Positions 60,208 through 64,000 of a stretch of 64,000 nucleotides of DNA are shown in pieces. The position numbers and the translations under genes are program-made. Where the stretch lies: contig NZ_CP165647.1 of assembly GCF_041199985.1 (NCBI RefSeq), positions 606,864 through 670,863 on the forward strand, in the 5' to 3' direction. The notes beneath the pieces are model-generated. The model did not search any database. It worked only from the letters and a program-made list of their open reading frames with translations, and was not told the origin of the DNA. The stretch comes from Leptotrichia alba. GTDB taxonomy: Bacteria; Fusobacteriota; Fusobacteriia; Fusobacteriales; Leptotrichiaceae. Every line of letters begins with the position of its first letter. Position 1 is the stretch's first letter.

Positions 60208-61494
60208 ATGGAAATAAGTTTGACTCAAATAATAATTTTATTGATAATGTTAATAGTATTGGCGATTTATAGCTATATTACGTGGAAAAAATTTGGGAAG
60301 GATTCTGTCGATGAAATTATTTCGGTGTCAGAGCCACCTAAAGAAATTTCAGCAATGATGGCTGCTTATATGGATGGTTCCAAACAGACAATAGATTTGG
60401 CATATCTTGGATTATTGGAACTAATAAGTAAAGAATTTGTAATAATTGAAGATCATGTTGATTTGAAAAATTATAAAGTGACAGAAGATGAACACGAAAT
60501 AAAGAAAGATAAAAAGACTGTTGAAATTGTTGACATTGAAAAATATTATAGACAGATAACCAAGAAGAAATATGGGTTCAATATGGGAAAAATCAATGAT
60601 TATGGGTGCAGGCAGTGGGAACTTTCGGAAGAGGAGAGAATGGTTCTGGAATTTTTAATTGAATATGATAAGGACAGTATTCTCGGGCATAAAAAGCCTA
60701 TTATGGAGCAATTTTTTAAAATTCTTGAAGTTTTGAAGGAAAAATTTGATGGAAGAGGAAACTATGCTTTCTTGTATTTAATTGGAATAAAGTCTATAAA
60801 AAAGGAAAGATGGGATAAAAGGTTTTATAATTCAAATTGGAAGTTTAAAATATTTTACATAGTTATAATATTTTTGTTTGGAATTTTTCTTTTTATTTTT
60901 GAAGGATTAGAGGGAATTGTGCCATTAATTATTTTTTTTCCTATGTATTTTTGGGCAATGTTGTTATCAGCTTTGCTTTTTATAACTTTAAAAAATAAAA
61001 TGTTTCCGATGGTTATCAGGTTAGCAGTTTTTATTTTAATAGGTGCATTTGAAGTTATTATATTATTTTTTTCTGGACTTATGGTTTATGGACTTGGAAT
61101 ATCTGGGATAATTCTAACTTTAGTTGCTATTCTTCAGTTTTTTTATTTTAAAAATATTGGAAAATATACAGATAGAGGAATTGAAATCAAAAGAAATCTA
61201 GAAGGATTGAAGAAATACATAAAAAGTGGTGAAACTAGAAACTTCGAGAATATAGAAGAGTTGATTTCATATTTTAAAAAGATTTTACCATTTTCGCAGG
61301 CGTTAAAAGTGCAGAAGCATATTGTAGAAATGGTGGGAAAATCTATAGAAATATCAGGATTTAATGATAAAAAGAAATATATTGAAAATATGCTTAATAT
61401 ATTTATTTATAAAAATGATAAATTTATGAAATCGTTTGGGAATGAGATATTTACAAACGAGATATTGGAAGGAAATTACTATGAAAAGTTTTAG
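60208..61494 (+). CDS. membrane protein paralogous to the C-terminal (TM plus cytoplasmic) half of the downstream DUF2207 protein, lacking the N-terminal extracytoplasmic domain
   Basis: Alignable segments (ISAMMAAYMDGS vs ISAMYAAYINGE; GLLELISKEFV vs GVLSLLSKGYV). Confidence 0.5.
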   Translation: MEISLTQIIILLIMLIVLAIYSYITWKKFGKDSVDEIISVSEPPKEISAMMAAYMDGSKQTIDLAYLGLLELISKEFVIIEDHVDLKNYKVTEDEHEIKKDKKTVEIVDIEKYYRQITKKKYGFNMGKINDYGCRQWELSEEERMVLEFLIEYDKDSILGHKKPIMEQFFKILEVLKEKFDGRGNYAFLYLIGIKSIKKERWDKRFYNSNWKFKIFYIVIIFLFGIFLFIFEGLEGIVPLIIFFPMYFWAMLLSALLFITLKNKMFPMVIRLAVFILIGAFEVIILFFSGLMVYGLGISGIILTLVAILQFFYFKNIGKYTDRGIEIKRNLEGLKKYIKSGETRNFENIEELISYFKKILPFSQALKVQKHIVEMVGKSIEISGFNDKKKYIENMLNIFIYKNDKFMKSFGNEIFTNEILEGNYYEKF

Positions 61495-63433
61495 CAAACC
61501 CAAATTAAATAATATTTTTTCAATAATTTTTGTATTTTTCACATTGTTTTTCTTAAGTGCAAAATCATTAATTGCTGAAAAAATAACGAATTATGAAGTT
61601 ACAGTTCAGATGAATAAAAATGGGACTTTGACAGTAAATGAAGTAATTGACTATGAATTTGACGGTGCGGCAAAGCATGGGATTTATAGAGATATTCCGT
61701 TACGTTCAAAGAAAAACGGCGTGGATATTTACAAATCTTATATAAAAATCAATTCGATAAAGAGAAATGGCATTTCAGAAGAATATTCGACGCAGCTTTT
61801 TGACGAAGGAATCAGATACAAGGTAGGCTCTGCAAATAAATTTGTAGAAAAAGGTGTAAACAAGTATGAATTTAACTATGTGATATATAATGCAATATTT
61901 GAAAAAAATCGAATTTATCAGGTATATTTTAATGCGATTGGTCAATTTTGGCAAGTTCCTATTGAAAAAGCTACGGTAAATATAAAATTTGGAAATGGAA
62001 AACCTGTTTTAAAAAATGAAATTAGGCAATTAGATATTTTTACAGGTGAATATGGACAAAGCGGGAAAGATTATATTACAAATTTAAATAATGGAACTGT
62101 TGAAATTAAAACAAATAAGGTTTTAGAAGCATATAATGGATTAAGTTTTCGTCTGAATTTAAAAACAGATAATATAAGCCCAACATTTTGGGATAAATTA
62201 CAGACACTTTATTATGCTCATCCTTTAATTGCTGTAGGACCGATTATAATAATACTTCTGGCAATTTATGGATTTGTAACGTGGTATATATTTGGAAGAG
62301 ATGTGGATAAAAAGGCAATTGTTCCTGAATTTAACATACCTAAGGATATTTCTGCCATGTATGCGGCTTACATCAATGGAGAAAGAGAGCCAAAAGAAAT
62401 ATTGACAATCGGAGTGCTTTCATTGCTTTCTAAAGGTTATGTTGAAGCTGATGATAAGGAAGGTAATGGAAGAAATGTAAAATATACATTGTCTAACAGT
62501 AGAAGAAGCAAACCTGAATTAGCAGAAGAAGAAAAAATTGTTTTTAATGCCCTTTCTGGTACCGGATACATATTTAAAAAAGAAAGAAGCCTTTACAATG
62601 CTTCAAATAAAATCTTGAAATCATTTGAAAAAGAGTACAAAAAGAAAGTTTACAGGGATAACAGCATTTTTAATATTGCATTTATTGTTGGTATAATCAT
62701 AGTTTTTATGGTTTCCGCAACTGCAAGTGGCGGAACAGCAGGTGTATCTGATAGCAGTCTTGGAGTAGTTTCTTTAATTATGATTGCCAGTTTCTTTGGA
62801 ATAGTTTTAAATATGATTTTTTCAATTATAAAAAATATTTATGGAAATAACAGTACATTTTTAAAAATTATTAAATGGATGGTAATATTATTTATTTCAG
62901 TAATATATGGAGTTTTAAATTTCATTGTAATTGGCATAATTATGGCAATGTATACTGTTTATTCAAAAATAATCGGAAGATATACAGCTGATGGAATGAG
63001 AAAAAAAGAATATCTAGATGGAATGAAAATGTACATAAAGACTGCTGAAGCAAATCAAATTATGAAATTTAACGATGTAGATGAGCTGGTAGCTTATTTT
63101 AAAGGAATATTGCCTTATGCGGTAGCTCTTGGGGTAAAAAATGAAGCTATAAAATTGATGAAAAATACAATAAAACTTTATAATTTTGATGAAAATACAC
63201 ATTCTTATGTAAATCAAGGAATATGTTTTAGCACATATGCTGGTTTCGTTTTGTCAAATATGATTTCAAGAGGATATAATAATGCGTATGATGAAATAAA
63301 AGAAGAAAAATTCAGCACTATGAGAAATAATAGTGGGAGTTCAAATGGTGGCAGTTTTGGTGGCGGTGGATTTTCAAATGATGATGGATTCTCTGGCGGA
63401 GGTTCTGGTGGAGGAGGTGGAGGAAGCTGGTAG
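61482..63433 (+). CDS. DUF2207-family membrane protein with Gly-rich C-terminal tail (GGSFGGGGFSNDDGFSGGGSGGGGGGSW); start at ATG 61482 (MKSFSKP)
   Basis: Signal/TM, then extracytoplasmic domain (YEVTVQMNKNGTLTVNEVIDYEFDG..HGIYRDIP), then TM block and glycine tail, as in LemA-associated DUF2207 proteins. Confidence 0.65.
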
Positions 63434-63504
63434 AAATACTGGCTTTATGCACTTCTGTTTAGAAATTAAAAATTAATAAATAAGATGTAAGGAAATAAAA
63501 GTAA

Positions 63505-64000
63505 ATGATTTATTTTATTGGTGGTAAAAAACAGAGAGAATTTAGGTATTTTGAGATTTTGGAAAAGATTAGGAAGGAAAATGCTGGGATTAGTGAGAGT
63601 TTTTTTGATGTGGACTTGAAGGAAAGTGAAAAATTTTTAGAAAAAATAAATATAAATTCGATATTTGCAAATCAGGAACTGGTTGTGTTAAAAAGGGCGG
63701 AAAAACTCAAAAATATTGAGGAAATTTTGAAATACATAGCGAATCTTGAAATTATAAATAAGGAAATTATAATCGATTACGACAGGGAAGATGGAAAATT
63801 TGGAGCAAAGTTAAAAAAATTATTAGATGAAATGAATAAAAATAAAAGTATGAAAGTGTTTTTATTTTTAAAGGATACGGAAGAGGAAATTAGGGAATAT
63901 GTAAAGGAAGAACTGAAAATTAATGGAAAAGATGTCGCTATATTGCTTGAAATGATTGGAAAGAATCCATTTAAGGTGAGAAGCGAAGTAGCAAAAGTTA
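63505..64000 (+). CDS. holA: DNA polymerase III delta subunit (N-terminal part; continues past the window end)
   Basis: MIYFIGGK start and delta-subunit N-terminal domain pattern; partial. Confidence 0.65.
   Translation, partial: MIYFIGGKKQREFRYFEILEKIRKENAGISESFFDVDLKESEKFLEKININSIFANQELVVLKRAEKLKNIEEILKYIANLEIINKEIIIDYDREDGKFGAKLKKLLDEMNKNKSMKVFLFLKDTEEEIREYVKEELKINGKDVAILLEMIGKNPFKVRSEVAKV

Overview
Low-GC (about 30 percent) chromosomal region, most likely from a member of Fusobacteriota (Leptotrichiaceae-like). That assignment rests on a Fusobacterium-type autotransporter N-terminal motif, a type III glutamine synthetase, and codon and AT bias. The window is mostly housekeeping and transport genes.

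Main contents:
- A lactose-family PTS (lacE/lacF-like EIICB and EIIA) with a LacI-family regulator, next to an ABC substrate-binding lipoprotein.
- typA.
- An ISLre2-family IS element (7089..8444) with perfect 24-bp terminal inverted repeats and a 10-bp flanking direct repeat.
- A metallophosphoesterase and a PLD-like lipoprotein.
- A 3071-aa Fap2/RadD-like type Va autotransporter (11148..20363).
- An IS481-family element flanked by a perfect 24-bp direct repeat.
- An operon of nitroreductase, AcpH-like protein and a secreted protein; a TonB-dependent receptor; fruK-fruA (fructose PTS).
- An SPFH/NfeD pair preceded by two unannotated mini-lipoprotein ORFs.
- valS, a SemiSWEET transporter, tRNA-Cys(GCA), hemL-cobT, a small OMP beta-barrel.
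- A cluster of three membrane-anchored SH3b paralogs interleaved with two secreted paralogs (40382..43602), function unknown.
- glnN (GS type III) and an AEC transporter.
- A polyamine operon (speD, speA-type decarboxylase, speE, speB) with an embedded GH108/PG-binding-like gene and a GC-rich, possibly structured leader upstream of speA.
- A PD-(D/E)XK AAA-ATPase-like protein, a DUF2339/DUF3999-like pair, LemA with two DUF2207-like proteins, and the start of holA.

Every apparent pseudogene I could resolve (valS, cobT, both IS transposases) is broken at a homopolymer run. For essential genes this points to homopolymer indel sequencing errors rather than real decay.

No CRISPR array, rRNA or prophage was found. 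Family and domain assignments come from reading the translations by eye, not from database searches.
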